This document shows positions 44,207 through 54,701 of a DNA stretch of 64,000 nucleotides, piece after piece. Source of the stretch: a virus. Within the stretch, counting starts at the first letter, position 1. The number at the start of each line of letters is the position of its first letter. The stretch is from positions 1-64,000 of IMG/VR virus record IMGVR_UViG_3300042518_001860. One strand, given 5' to 3'. Both the position numbers and the translations under genes were made by a program. The notes under the pieces are model-generated. The model was not told the DNA's origin. It made no database searches and saw nothing but the letters and a program-made list of their open reading frames with translations.

Positions 44207-44965
44207 ATGGAACTCTCTCTCCCCATCGGCATCTCGCACGACGGCATCCTGCTGAAAACCTTTTCCATCTCGCGCCCCACCGGGGCACTGCGTGGGGAAA
44301 TCAAGGATGCCCCCAACCACATCCCAGGTATGGACCTGGCGGCATTCAAACACGTCTTGCGGACCCTCGGCCCGCTTGACCGTCCCAACGAACAGATCCT
44401 GCGGCGAATGACTCTCCCGGACGTTCAGTACGTCCACGCCTGCTGCACCGCAGCGCGCTATGATGGGAAGATCCCCGTGCGGGTCAAGTGTGAAGCCTGT
44501 GGGCACGAGTACGAGGACAGTGTCCAGGCAGACGGCATTGCCATTTTGGATGCTGATGCCGAGGTGAAGTTCGTCAACGACAAGGCTGTCCTCGAGGGCG
44601 AGGTGGAGTTCCCCACGACAGGTCGGCGGGCGAAGATCCAATATTTCATCCCGACCATTGCGCTTGAGATCAAGCGCGAGGATGGGAAGAAGCGGGGCCT
44701 GAAGGACTCGGAAGTCCACTACCAGCGGGTGGCGGACACCATCGTCACGATTGATGGAGTGCCTGGCCCTACGGCCAAGCAGCTCCGCGAGATGGATCTC
44801 GATGACTTCGACGCGCTCGTGTCTTCGCTGGACAGTGTCCGTGTCCCGCGACTCGACGAAGAGGTGGTCACAGTTTGCCCGGCGTGTGAGATGGAGAATC
44901 TCACCACCGCTCTGTTCGAGTGGTGGATTCTCCCTTTCGATCCCCGCAAGCAGAAAAAGCCCTGA
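44207..44965 (+). CDS. Tail assembly chaperone (T4 gp26-like, two CxxC)
   Basis: Between tube and TMP; CEAC, CPAC. Confidence 0.75.
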   Translation: MELSLPIGISHDGILLKTFSISRPTGALRGEIKDAPNHIPGMDLAAFKHVLRTLGPLDRPNEQILRRMTLPDVQYVHACCTAARYDGKIPVRVKCEACGHEYEDSVQADGIAILDADAEVKFVNDKAVLEGEVEFPTTGRRAKIQYFIPTIALEIKREDGKKRGLKDSEVHYQRVADTIVTIDGVPGPTAKQLREMDLDDFDALVSSLDSVRVPRLDEEVVTVCPACEMENLTTALFEWWILPFDPRKQKKP

Positions 44966-45156
44966 TGATGGAGACGGTCGAGATATGCTTGGCAGGACAG
45001 AGCTTCTCGACCGGACTTGGTGGTAGTGTTTCGATACCCTACCTCCCGTGGGGGCCCGACCAGATCCGGAACCTGACTGAAGATGACCGAACTGAAATCC
45101 TGAAAGCCCTTAGAGAGATCCGAGGGCAGATCATTTCACAGGCTACAAAGTCGTGA
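44932..45156 (+). CDS. -1 frameshift extension of the tail assembly chaperone
   Basis: In-frame C CCT TTC slippery heptamer at 44932-44938; the -1 frame is open to 45156. Confidence 0.65.
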   Translation, partial: PFRSPQAEKALMMETVEICLAGQSFSTGLGGSVSIPYLPWGPDQIRNLTEDDRTEILKALREIRGQIISQATKS

Positions 45157-48100
45157 TCACTCGGTGGTTCAATCTTGGGGTTCGGTGGGTCGGTGGCGGC
45201 ATGGCTGCCGGCATGCGCCAGACTGGTCTTCAGTTTCGGCAGATGGTCGATGGTCAGATTGGTGACCTGCGCCGCCTCGAACAGGAGGAGGCGGCAGCGG
45301 ACGCCAAGCGCCGGAACATCCAAGCCAACACCAAGCGGCAGCTCGAGCTCATCAAGAATGAGGAGAAGGTGCAGCACGCGCTCATCAAAGAGCGCGTCAA
45401 GGCCATTGCAGAACTCGAGAAGGCGCAGAAAACCCTCATTTCTTCCGCAGTCTCCCCCTCTGACGACTTCCGGAAGAACCGTCAGGCGCTTCGTGACGTC
45501 GCTCAGGAGGCTGCGAACCTCCGCGCAGAACGTCGTTCGATTGAGTCCCTGCTTCGCGCAGAAGCTCGCGACCCATCTGGCGTGGGTCGGCGTTCGGACA
45601 TTGAGCGCTCTGCGGCCTCCATCAACAAGCAGAGAAAGAAGCCGTCTAACACTGTTATCAGGGAGTTGGACGATCTTCTCCTGAAGGAGCTGCGAGCGCA
45701 GCGTGCGGGGCGGTCGTCTGAGATTGTTTCTGAAATTGATACCGCCATTGCTAGTAGGGCTCGGTCTCTCTCACGGGAGGTGCTGAGGCGCTCTGCAGCC
45801 GGTGAGGTCAATGTTGTCAATCAGGTCATCTCCGACTTCTTCACCTCAGTCTTCCAGGGGAAGATTGCTGACCTCGATGACAAACTGAAGTCACAGGCCG
45901 CCGCGGGTACGGTTCTCCGAGGTGTGATGAAGCCTGAAGCTGAGCAGTTGAAGGCTTCAGAGGCTGAGATTCGGAGGGGACAAGAGGCAATCGAAGCTGC
46001 TCGTTTGGCCAAGCAGGCGACCGCCGAAGGCTTCAAAGAGCTCGAGGCCCGTAAAGACGTCGCACGCCGCGCTAACGAGATCGCCACTGAGCAGCATGAA
46101 GCCGCTAAGCAGCGAACGCGAATGGAGCGGGAAGCCGTCGAGGCGCGGAGGGATGAGGCCAATTCGATCAAGCAGACCGCCACGCTCATCAAGCAGCATC
46201 TGTGGGGCTCTCTGTTCGACCTGCAGACGAAGCTGCTTTACCTTGCGGGGACTGTACGCTCCCTCGGTTTGATGATCGAGTCGGCTGCCAAGTTCCACTA
46301 TGAAGCAACCGGCCTAACGACCATGCTGTCGAAGGGGCGTGGTGCTGGCGAGGACGTCTACGGTCGCTACGCTCGAATGGCAGGCAACCAGACTGAGGTG
46401 ATGCCTTCAGACGCCGTGCGCCGCATGACCGAGCTCGCCGCTGCTGGTTACAGTGAGACTGAGATTCCGGCTGGCGTGGCGGCCATTCAGAACGTACTTC
46501 TCGCCGCTCGAGGTGAAGTCTCTCAAGAAGGCGCGGCGGATCTCGGTATCTCGCTCCACCGCGCCTTTGGCACGCAGGGACGCGACATGACGATGCTGTT
46601 GGACACTGTCATTGCAGCATCGAATGCCTTCCCGATGACCGTCGGCAAAGTCCGTGACGCAATGGGCTATGCAACCGAAGCTGCGGTTCAGCTCAACCAG
46701 GACGTCGAGGAAGCACTTATCGCCATCGGCGCCTTGATGCCCATCACCAAGACTGCCTCAAAAGCAGGTACGGTTTATCGAGGTGGCGGTCTGTCAATGG
46801 TGAAGCCGAAGGGGCAGGAGATGTTGGCGCAGTTGGGTGTGATGCCCACTGATGCGCTCGGTAAAGTCCGGCCCTTGATGGACATCTTCATTGACCTGGA
46901 CCGCGAACTCCAGAAAGTCCAAGCAGCGGACCTGGCGGGCTCTTGGCAGTCTCCTCTGCAGGCGCGCGAGGGAAAGCTGCGGGGTGAGCTCGAGGAGTCC
47001 CGTGCAGCTCGAGAGCAGCGGAGCATCCTCAACAAGTTGCAGAGTGCCGGGTTGGATACAACCCAGGTGCAGAACCTGCAGGCTCGCCTGCGGGAAGCCG
47101 AGATCAAGGGAGAGCTCCGGGCAATTCGAGATGCCAAGGCCGAACTCAAATCTGAGCTCAACCTGAAACGGCAGGAGCTCGAGTTCGTCCTCACTGGTCA
47201 ACGAGGTGGGTCGTGGTTCGCTGCTGTGCAGAAGCTCCCGGAGCTTGCGGCTGCCGCACTGCGCGGTACGGCCTATGAGACTGGACCGGGCCAGACGCCT
47301 TACGTCTTCAGAAACTCGGCAGATGCCTTGGCTGCCCTGCGCCTCAGCATGGAGGACACCTCTGGTGAAGCGCGGCGGATGGCGGACGAGCTCCGCAAGA
47401 CCAGCTTCATGTTGGGCACCTCGTTCGACGCTTCGGTCGAGAAGTTCAAAATCTCTCTCGGCACCTTCCTTCTCCCGATCCGCGACTCGTTCCTGAACGT
47501 CCTGTCGGGCGTAATGAACTGGTTCACGTCCTGGGTGAATTCGGATGCGTCTCCGAAGGAGGCCTACGGGCAGCTCGGCGGGCGACCGGCAGGGTCCAGC
47601 GTTGGTTGGAATTTTGCTGGTACCGCCATGATGTTGGGCGGAGTCACCATCGCCGGAATGGCTCTGAAGAACATCTTCGGGCTCGTCCGCAACATGGGCA
47701 CTCTTTTCGACCCCACGCGCATCGCAAAGGTCGCCAGTGCCCTCCAGGCCGGAGGTGACATCACAGAGGCTCTTCAGAATGCGCGCCCCCGCGGGAAGCT
47801 GCAGACCTTCCTCGGTAACGTCGGTGATGCCGCCTTGGGGGGGATCACTCGGAGGACCGGGGATGAGTTGACGAAACTTAAAGCTGGCATTGGGGAGATT
47901 GCCGGGAAGTTCTTTGGGTTCGTCCCCATTATTGGCTTGGCGGTTGGTGGCCTGATGGCTTTTCAGGAGGCCATTACCACAGCTCGCAAGGCCATCTCTG
48001 ACTTCACGGCGGAAACCGACGCAGCAGCAGCTCAGCGGAACGAGAAGGCTTTCCGCGGCGTGGAGCTCGCGCTGCGGTTGTTTTCCGAGGGGAAGCTCAG

Positions 48101-49109
48101 TTTCGGAGACAAAGGGCAGATCCTCTATCCCGAGTCCGAACGCCGAGCGGTGCTTGCGTCAGGCACTTACGGCCCCTCGGCCATGCGTGAGCTCCTTCTG
48201 GGCAAGAGCCCTGCGGCAGTTGTCGAGGGACTGCTGAACTATCGAATGGGTGAAATCCAGCGTCAGTATGCTGGGGCTCCCAGCGAAAAGCAGCGGGAAA
48301 TCTTCACTGGCTTCGCTATGGAACGGCAGCGCTTGATGGGGGATACCCTTCTCCCCCTCATTGGCAATGCTATTGAGTACATGGCTTCTTCAAAGGGTGC
48401 AGGTGGTCGGCCTTCTGTTGATATTCGGCGGTTGCTAGCCACACACACAGCAAGCCGTTTGACTGGAGATGTTCTCCTCCCGAAGTATGGAGAAGAGCGT
48501 GGACCTGGACCTGTCTTCTCGCTCCTCGGGAATGCAATCAGGGGTTCGGGGAAGAATACATTCCGTGAGGCCTACAACTCTATGGGGCCTTTGGATAAAT
48601 ACAGTCTAGAGATGCAGTTGAAGAATGCCCTTAGTGAGGAGTATGACCTCAATAGGGGACAATTGCCGTCCATGAAGTCTCTCGGCCTCAAGGAATCTGT
48701 TTACCAGCAACTTCGCGGTTTCTCAAGCATCCCGACAGACTTTGCAGGTGGTGACTTCATCGCGACGCGACTAGCGCTATCCCTGGACGAACTTGGCGTC
48801 ACTGGTAAGAACTGGGATAAGTCTGGGTTCTTCACCCCCCCAGGTGGGAGCGCACCGGAATTCGCTCCTGGCACGCCACAGAATCTGCAGGCCATGATTC
48901 TTGCCACCAATCAAGCCAAGGAAGCTCTGGAAGCCCAAAAGAACCGTGATGCTGAGACCGCGGCAAAGCAGGTTGGAGCAGCGGACAAAAACATGAAGGC
49001 TGCTGGCACACTCAATACGGCGGCAGACAGCATCTCCAAGGCGTTCGACAACCTTCGGCTCTCCCTTGAGACGTTGACGCCCACTCAAGTCATGCCCGGA
49101 GCCCCGTAA
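45153..49109 (+). CDS. Tape measure protein
   Basis: 1318 aa, helical, TMP core (ELAAAGYS...SKAGTVYR...LAQLGV), TM segments. Confidence 0.93.
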   Translation: MITRWFNLGVRWVGGGMAAGMRQTGLQFRQMVDGQIGDLRRLEQEEAAADAKRRNIQANTKRQLELIKNEEKVQHALIKERVKAIAELEKAQKTLISSAVSPSDDFRKNRQALRDVAQEAANLRAERRSIESLLRAEARDPSGVGRRSDIERSAASINKQRKKPSNTVIRELDDLLLKELRAQRAGRSSEIVSEIDTAIASRARSLSREVLRRSAAGEVNVVNQVISDFFTSVFQGKIADLDDKLKSQAAAGTVLRGVMKPEAEQLKASEAEIRRGQEAIEAARLAKQATAEGFKELEARKDVARRANEIATEQHEAAKQRTRMEREAVEARRDEANSIKQTATLIKQHLWGSLFDLQTKLLYLAGTVRSLGLMIESAAKFHYEATGLTTMLSKGRGAGEDVYGRYARMAGNQTEVMPSDAVRRMTELAAAGYSETEIPAGVAAIQNVLLAARGEVSQEGAADLGISLHRAFGTQGRDMTMLLDTVIAASNAFPMTVGKVRDAMGYATEAAVQLNQDVEEALIAIGALMPITKTASKAGTVYRGGGLSMVKPKGQEMLAQLGVMPTDALGKVRPLMDIFIDLDRELQKVQAADLAGSWQSPLQAREGKLRGELEESRAAREQRSILNKLQSAGLDTTQVQNLQARLREAEIKGELRAIRDAKAELKSELNLKRQELEFVLTGQRGGSWFAAVQKLPELAAAALRGTAYETGPGQTPYVFRNSADALAALRLSMEDTSGEARRMADELRKTSFMLGTSFDASVEKFKISLGTFLLPIRDSFLNVLSGVMNWFTSWVNSDASPKEAYGQLGGRPAGSSVGWNFAGTAMMLGGVTIAGMALKNIFGLVRNMGTLFDPTRIAKVASALQAGGDITEALQNARPRGKLQTFLGNVGDAALGGITRRTGDELTKLKAGIGEIAGKFFGFVPIIGLAVGGLMAFQEAITTARKAISDFTAETDAAAAQRNEKAFRGVELALRLFSEGKLSFGDKGQILYPESERRAVLASGTYGPSAMRELLLGKSPAAVVEGLLNYRMGEIQRQYAGAPSEKQREIFTGFAMERQRLMGDTLLPLIGNAIEYMASSKGAGGRPSVDIRRLLATHTASRLTGDVLLPKYGEERGPGPVFSLLGNAIRGSGKNTFREAYNSMGPLDKYSLEMQLKNALSEEYDLNRGQLPSMKSLGLKESVYQQLRGFSSIPTDFAGGDFIATRLALSLDELGVTGKNWDKSGFFTPPGGSAPEFAPGTPQNLQAMILATNQAKEALEAQKNRDAETAAKQVGAADKNMKAAGTLNTAADSISKAFDNLRLSLETLTPTQVMPGAP

Positions 49110-50083
49110 TGGCCACCCCCGCATCAGGTCGCCCCGCCACCTACAAGACTGTGCAGGAAGCTGTCCGCTGGTCTGAGAGCGATGCTGCCAAGATCCGGAG
49201 TGACGCCATTCAGCGCAATCTGGATGCTCAGGCGGGGCGCCCTCCCTTCCCGGAGGCGCTGAACAAAGAGGTGCCTCTTCGCTACCGTGCGCCTGATAGC
49301 TTCAAAGGGGCCCTCTACGCCCTCGATCCGGATGACCACACCCAGGGTGATGCTCTCCTCTTCTCCCGCTACCCTGAGACACTGGACGAGGAGATTGAAT
49401 CCATCCTCGCCGCTGATTCTCCCCCTGGTCGCGCCTACCCGGCATTCCAGCAGATGGGCGCAAAGGGGGTCCAACTCTCTACGGAGCTCTGGTTCTGCGA
49501 CGCTTTCATGTGGCGCTGGAAGGGTCTGAACGGGCCCATGCAGCAGATGCTCGGACCTCTGGCAACCGATACGAGTCTTCGTAGCGCTGAGCCCTTGGGG
49601 ACCTTGGCCGAACAGGCGCGCAGGTTCTTTGAGTTCTACATTGCCGGCCACGATGGGACCGGGGTGGCGCTCCCCCCCGCGGATCTCTACCTTCAGTGGG
49701 GTTCTCGCCCAGCACCCCTGCCAATCGTCATCAAGCGCGTAAGTCTCAAGTTGGAGAACTTCACAAATCCTGGCGGCCCTCTCGAGGATGTACGCGGTGG
49801 TGCTGGGGCCCCACAAACCGTGACTGCGCGGCTCGAGATGGAGGTCAACATTCCACTACGAGCTATCAACCCGTTCCAACCTCGCAAACCGAAACCGCCC
49901 GGCGGTGGTATGAAGAAGGTGCGTTGTCCGACTGGAACGGGCTTTGGTCCAGATTTCCGCCCGGTCGTTCAGGCCATCATGGAGGCTTCTCCGCTCTCCA
50001 ATGAAGTCTTTGACCTGAATCTTCAAGAGTCCGACGTACGTGGGTATTTTGGACTCGGGCCGAAAGGTTTTGCTGCCCCATGA
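49109..50083 (+). CDS. Tail tube initiator/baseplate protein
   Basis: YPETL...LWF...PP.LYLQWG...IKRVSLKLENF. Confidence 0.65.
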   Translation: MATPASGRPATYKTVQEAVRWSESDAAKIRSDAIQRNLDAQAGRPPFPEALNKEVPLRYRAPDSFKGALYALDPDDHTQGDALLFSRYPETLDEEIESILAADSPPGRAYPAFQQMGAKGVQLSTELWFCDAFMWRWKGLNGPMQQMLGPLATDTSLRSAEPLGTLAEQARRFFEFYIAGHDGTGVALPPADLYLQWGSRPAPLPIVIKRVSLKLENFTNPGGPLEDVRGGAGAPQTVTARLEMEVNIPLRAINPFQPRKPKPPGGGMKKVRCPTGTGFGPDFRPVVQAIMEASPLSNEVFDLNLQESDVRGYFGLGPKGFAAP

Positions 50084-50346
50084 GGTACAAAGGCCTGAGC
50101 ATCATCCAGCCGGGTGAATTCAACGAACGAGCTGAGTTAGAGCCGCGCGTCCTCGTGGACGGTGAGGTTATCGAGCGTCAGGGTCGAGCGATGGACTATA
50201 CCGTGGTACAAGGTGACAGGATTGACGTCTTGGCGTACGAATACCTTGGTGACTCTCGCCTGTGGTACATCATCGCCGACATGAACCCGACAGTGGACCC
50301 ACTTCATTTGGTTGGCGGAACGATTCTGAGGCTTCCACGCTCATGA
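50080..50346 (+). CDS. LysM-domain baseplate protein
   Basis: YTVVQGDRIDVLAYEYLGDSRLWYIIADMN...LRLP. Confidence 0.9.
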   Translation: MRYKGLSIIQPGEFNERAELEPRVLVDGEVIERQGRAMDYTVVQGDRIDVLAYEYLGDSRLWYIIADMNPTVDPLHLVGGTILRLPRS

Positions 50347-52055
50347 TGGTCTCTTCGGACAAGATTCGCCCTCGGATTGCTGTTCTGTGGAACGGCATTC
50401 CACTCGAGCAGTTGGGTATTGCCCATTTGCTCAAGTCGGCAGACTTGACGATGACCAATGGTCGCACCAATCCAACTCCAAACATGCCGCTAGGCAAGCC
50501 AAAGCTGGGTGGCGCAAACATCACTTTCGTGCTGCCGGATGAGCGTTCCGCGAAACGCATCCTTCAGTTGCTCTACGCCAACCCGCGTCCGTTCCTCACA
50601 ATGGGGTTTGGGTTCCAGGGAAGCACATCGTACTGGCTCGGTGGCGCCGCGATACAGCAAAAGCAGAACTCGAAGAAGCACGGCGCAGTACGCGGCTACA
50701 AGATCAACACCGTTTCTTGGCGGTACTCGAGCGAGATTCCGACCGTCATACTGAGCGGCGCTGCAGGGCGAATCCAGAACTTGTCCGAAGACAAGCGCGC
50801 TCGAATCTGGTCCGGGAAGACCCTCGCACAAATTGCCGAGGGGGTAGCTCTCGAGGGTGGTGTGACGGTTCGGATCAGTGGGCGCCTCCCAGTCAACAAA
50901 CGCATCGAGCATGTGGTGCAAGCTGCTGGTGAATCTGGTGTAGATGTTCTGCAGAGACTCGCTGCAATGTCAGGCGGTGTGGTTGATGTCCAGACGATGC
51001 TTGCCTCGCAGATTCCTGGTGCGTCACGCGCCTACGATTATGTTTTTGAAGGACGCTCAGAGGATGAGTCCGATGACCATTGGGCGCTCGATCAGGAGCG
51101 CGTGCGTACGATCATCACCCTGAAGACCATTGAAGAGGAGTTCGTTTCTGTAGAGGAGTACGAACAGGGCCGAATCCCGATCATTGCCTGGGCGCCTAAC
51201 CTTAGTCCTGGCAAGTTTGCAGCATCAGGGGGCGCTACCAGTCGCAACGAAGAGCTTCAGACCCTCTACTACGGAGTGCCCGACTACGTCGCAGCGTCGA
51301 TCTCAATTGACGAGGAGAACGTTCAGCGATCATACGCCCAGGGTGCTGGTGTGACAGCATCCGCCCAAAAGGCTGCGTCAAAGGCCAAACCAAAAGATCC
51401 GACGGCACAGGATCTTGCGGTCTACGTTGACCTCGAGACTGGGACTTTGATGCCGGCTGGCCCTCTCCTCGAGGCGTCCCGCTCCTCACAGGTCTCGAGC
51501 CCGTCTGCGGTTTCAGGAGAGGCCCCGGTGGTACAGGCGCAAGTCAAGCCAGCGCCCAGCAAACCTACGCAGACAGTACAATCGACGATGCCCGAAGCAC
51601 TCGGGGGGAAGGACCTCACAGAGGCGCAACTAAGGGCTGCGGTGATTGCCTCTGGCATCAAGAGTAAGGTGACTGTTGAGCTCCATACGGGGGCACCTGA
51701 GCTACCCCCCGGCATGATCGTCCAAGTGCTTGGGACCTTCACCCATGATGACCACTATGGTATCGAGGAATCCCGCATTGTCTACGACGCGGAGAATGGG
51801 TTGAGGACGTCGCTCACTTGCCGGCGTCTTAGGCGTGATGGGAGCGGTACCTCCCCCTTGAAGGCGGCTGCTCAACGTGGCGTTAAGACGCCCAAGTCTC
51901 CCGAGAGTTTGAAGTCGGACATTGCGGTTGGCGTGAGTCTCGAGACTAACACCCTGATGTCAGAGGCCATCGTCCTCGAGGCGGCCCCTTCTGTACCTGC
52001 AGCATCTTCTACAGAAGCGCTGGATCGTGAGATTCAAAATGGTGGCGCACCATGA
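50343..52055 (+). CDS. Baseplate hub (gpD/gp27-like)
   Basis: RIWSGKTLAQIA...Q..ES..DVLQRLA; GAPELPPGMIVQV. Confidence 0.75.
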   Translation: MMVSSDKIRPRIAVLWNGIPLEQLGIAHLLKSADLTMTNGRTNPTPNMPLGKPKLGGANITFVLPDERSAKRILQLLYANPRPFLTMGFGFQGSTSYWLGGAAIQQKQNSKKHGAVRGYKINTVSWRYSSEIPTVILSGAAGRIQNLSEDKRARIWSGKTLAQIAEGVALEGGVTVRISGRLPVNKRIEHVVQAAGESGVDVLQRLAAMSGGVVDVQTMLASQIPGASRAYDYVFEGRSEDESDDHWALDQERVRTIITLKTIEEEFVSVEEYEQGRIPIIAWAPNLSPGKFAASGGATSRNEELQTLYYGVPDYVAASISIDEENVQRSYAQGAGVTASAQKAASKAKPKDPTAQDLAVYVDLETGTLMPAGPLLEASRSSQVSSPSAVSGEAPVVQAQVKPAPSKPTQTVQSTMPEALGGKDLTEAQLRAAVIASGIKSKVTVELHTGAPELPPGMIVQVLGTFTHDDHYGIEESRIVYDAENGLRTSLTCRRLRRDGSGTSPLKAAAQRGVKTPKSPESLKSDIAVGVSLETNTLMSEAIVLEAAPSVPAASSTEALDREIQNGGAP

Positions 52056-53311
52056 TGTATCGCGGAATCGTCACCAATGTGGCCGATCCCGAGAAGCGGG
52101 GCCGGGTGAAGGTGGCCATCCCCGAGTTGTTCCACGACGTGGAGACTGGGGAGGTTCTGGACTCTCCCTGGGCAGCCGCGAAGGGGACTGGCGGCCTGAA
52201 TGTGCCAGACGTCGGGACGATGGTCTGGGTAGACACAGTCTTTTCGAGCCATCTGCACACCTATGAGCTTGTCTACGAGCGCGGTGAAAATGGTATCAAC
52301 GCTCAGGGGCCCATGGTCCCGGATGTGGCTCAGGGGAAAGATGACGAGTCAGTCTGGTTGAAGGCTAGTGCCCCGTTCAGCGTGCCGAGTCCGCGTACGG
52401 CCCTCGCGCGGCGCAGTCCGACGAAGCTCCCGGGGCAGGACATCACACGGCCTGCCAACGAGGACCGCCTGGAGATTCTCGGCATCCCCCCTTCCGCCAA
52501 CGCCGGCCAGTATCCGAAGAATCGAGTCTTCAAGACGCAGGGCGGTCTTCTCCTGGAGATGGACGACACCCCTGGCAGCGAGCGGTGGCAGCTTCATCAT
52601 CCAAGCGGGACGAGCATCGAGGTCGGTGCTGGCGGGACTTTCACCCAACGCATGGTCAAGCAATGGGAGGAGGTCCTCGAAACCCGCACAACGCGCATTG
52701 GTGGTGATGACCGGATCTGTACTGACGGGAGCCGCTTGGAGGCTGTAAACGTCAATAGCGTTGAAGACGTGAAGCAGCGCAAGGTCATCCTCGCAAGTGA
52801 GATTGATCTACAAAGCCGCTTCGACTTCATCATGGAAGTCGGCTCCCACTTCTTCAGCAACGTACGGGGGTACCAGACTTTCCGGAGTGGCTCTGACACC
52901 CGTATCACTGCTGGTCGTGAACTCACCTTGACGGGCTTGGTGAGTGCCACGATGACAGGGGCGCTTTCGGCGTCGGTCACAGCACTCGCTGGGCCACTCA
53001 CCCTACTCGCCCCTGGCGCCATCCTCCTCAATTCAACCCTGGGCGCTGTCGCGATCACGGCTGGAACAGCCGTCAATGTCACTGCTGGCGGCGCATTTGC
53101 GGTCCAGTCGGCTGGGACGGCAACGTTCACGGCGCCCAGTGTGAATCTTGTAGGTGCTGTGGCCTGTGGAGAGCCCTTGAGCGCTGTACCTGTCTTGAAG
53201 GCCACTCCCGACCTCTTGGCCGCCTTGACTATGGCTTTCACAACTGCTGGCGTCGCGGGCGGCGCAGCTACTTTGGCAGCCGCGACCTCTGCTGCGCTGA
53301 GGGCAACGTAA
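52052..53311 (+). CDS. Baseplate central spike (gp5/gpV-like)
   Basis: YRGIVTNVADPEKRGRVKV OB fold; YPKNRVFKT.GG...EMDDTPGSER...HPSGT. Confidence 0.9.
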   Translation: MMYRGIVTNVADPEKRGRVKVAIPELFHDVETGEVLDSPWAAAKGTGGLNVPDVGTMVWVDTVFSSHLHTYELVYERGENGINAQGPMVPDVAQGKDDESVWLKASAPFSVPSPRTALARRSPTKLPGQDITRPANEDRLEILGIPPSANAGQYPKNRVFKTQGGLLLEMDDTPGSERWQLHHPSGTSIEVGAGGTFTQRMVKQWEEVLETRTTRIGGDDRICTDGSRLEAVNVNSVEDVKQRKVILASEIDLQSRFDFIMEVGSHFFSNVRGYQTFRSGSDTRITAGRELTLTGLVSATMTGALSASVTALAGPLTLLAPGAILLNSTLGAVAITAGTAVNVTAGGAFAVQSAGTATFTAPSVNLVGAVACGEPLSAVPVLKATPDLLAALTMAFTTAGVAGGAATLAAATSAALRAT

Positions 53312-54396
53312 TGCCTGCCACTACACCAGGTTGGATTCGATGGGACCCGATTGGGGCGGCGCTTGTTGACCTCGATCCTGCCATCTTCGATGGCGCCGCA
53401 GAGGGCCTCGAAGCAGTGGCAAATACCCTGCAGAGCGCTGTGAATATCCTGGCTCTCGTTGAGGGTCTCCTCGCCTCGGACCCGGCTAGCACTGCCCTCA
53501 GCGCTATTGTCTCGGTACTCGAGGCATTGATGAATGACATTGAGGGTACCGACATCTACTTTATCCCTCACCTGCCACACTCGTGGGGGGATCTTCTTCA
53601 TCCTTACACGATCCAGGACGTGGCTCTCGACCTCAACAAGTCCGTGGCGGACATTCTCGACCCCAGCCGTCCCATCTTCGATGCTGGTGCTGCCTTCGCG
53701 TCCACTACCTTCATTGTCGGCGCTGACAACTGGATGGACTTCCGGCGCCTGCTGAAGTTGCTCACGACCATCTTCTCCGACGACCAAGTGAGCAAGTGGA
53801 CACGTCTGGCAGACATCCGCTTCAAGTTCGACACCTATCAGCGCCGCCCTGTACCTCGTGCCGAGCGGGGTTCTCAGGGTGAAACCTGGGACTGGTCACG
53901 CACCAACTGGACGGAGCTTGTTCCGCCGGTAGGGGACGCCCTTCGCTCAGCTCGTGACTTCGCGGAGGGCTTCAACAGCGGAGTGAAGGGTCTCTCGCGT
54001 GGCCTCTCCGAGGTGACATACATTCTTCAGGAGCGCGTCGCCTACATTCGTACCTTCCTCGAAGAATTCTCCAAGCTTGCCGCCTTCCTGGCGAACCTGA
54101 AGGAGATTGCCCCCGAGTTCGCCGTCCTGCCTATTGTGTCTCAAGACGGGGGCACCAACGAATTCACGCGGACGTTCTACTCCAGTCTTGGAGGCTCGGG
54201 GGTCGACTATGCCAGAAATGGGGCAGATAGGGACCGTGGCGGCCCCCAGTTCAAGCTCTGTGCTGGCTTTACCCTGTTTACCGGAACTGGCAATCCTCTG
54301 GCCTACTTCCGTATCCTCAAGACGTTGCTCGGCTTGCAGGTGCCTGCTTTCGAATCCTTCGCCGCCAATGTCGAGGCAGAGGCCCAAAATCTATGA
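53311..54396 (+). CDS. Hypothetical baseplate-region protein
   Basis: 361-aa helical ORF with TAATG overlap. Confidence 0.7.
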   Translation: MPATTPGWIRWDPIGAALVDLDPAIFDGAAEGLEAVANTLQSAVNILALVEGLLASDPASTALSAIVSVLEALMNDIEGTDIYFIPHLPHSWGDLLHPYTIQDVALDLNKSVADILDPSRPIFDAGAAFASTTFIVGADNWMDFRRLLKLLTTIFSDDQVSKWTRLADIRFKFDTYQRRPVPRAERGSQGETWDWSRTNWTELVPPVGDALRSARDFAEGFNSGVKGLSRGLSEVTYILQERVAYIRTFLEEFSKLAAFLANLKEIAPEFAVLPIVSQDGGTNEFTRTFYSSLGGSGVDYARNGADRDRGGPQFKLCAGFTLFTGTGNPLAYFRILKTLLGLQVPAFESFAANVEAEAQNL

Positions 54397-54701
54397 GCTC
54401 CATTCGCAACTTCTACACCACATCAAGACTTGGCGCCCTCCGCAAGCGTGTTGAACTCCTCCGATCCCAAATTGAAGGTGCTGATGCTGAGGCCCAGGCC
54501 ATGGTAGGTCTCTTCAACGACCTCATAGCCCAGATGCGTGAGAACACAGCTCCGTCTATCCCAGCAGCGCTCGAGCTACCCTTCGTCCGCGAGGAGCGGG
54601 ACCGAGCGCTCGGTAAGGCTGAGAAACTGCGTCGGGAGCTCGAAGAGGTCAATCTCCGCCTGCAGAACTGTTTAGCGCTGCAACGAGGTGGTGAATCATG
54701 A
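54393..54701 (+). CDS. Coiled-coil hypothetical protein
   Basis: ATGA overlaps. Confidence 0.65.
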   Translation: MSSIRNFYTTSRLGALRKRVELLRSQIEGADAEAQAMVGLFNDLIAQMRENTAPSIPAALELPFVREERDRALGKAEKLRRELEEVNLRLQNCLALQRGGES

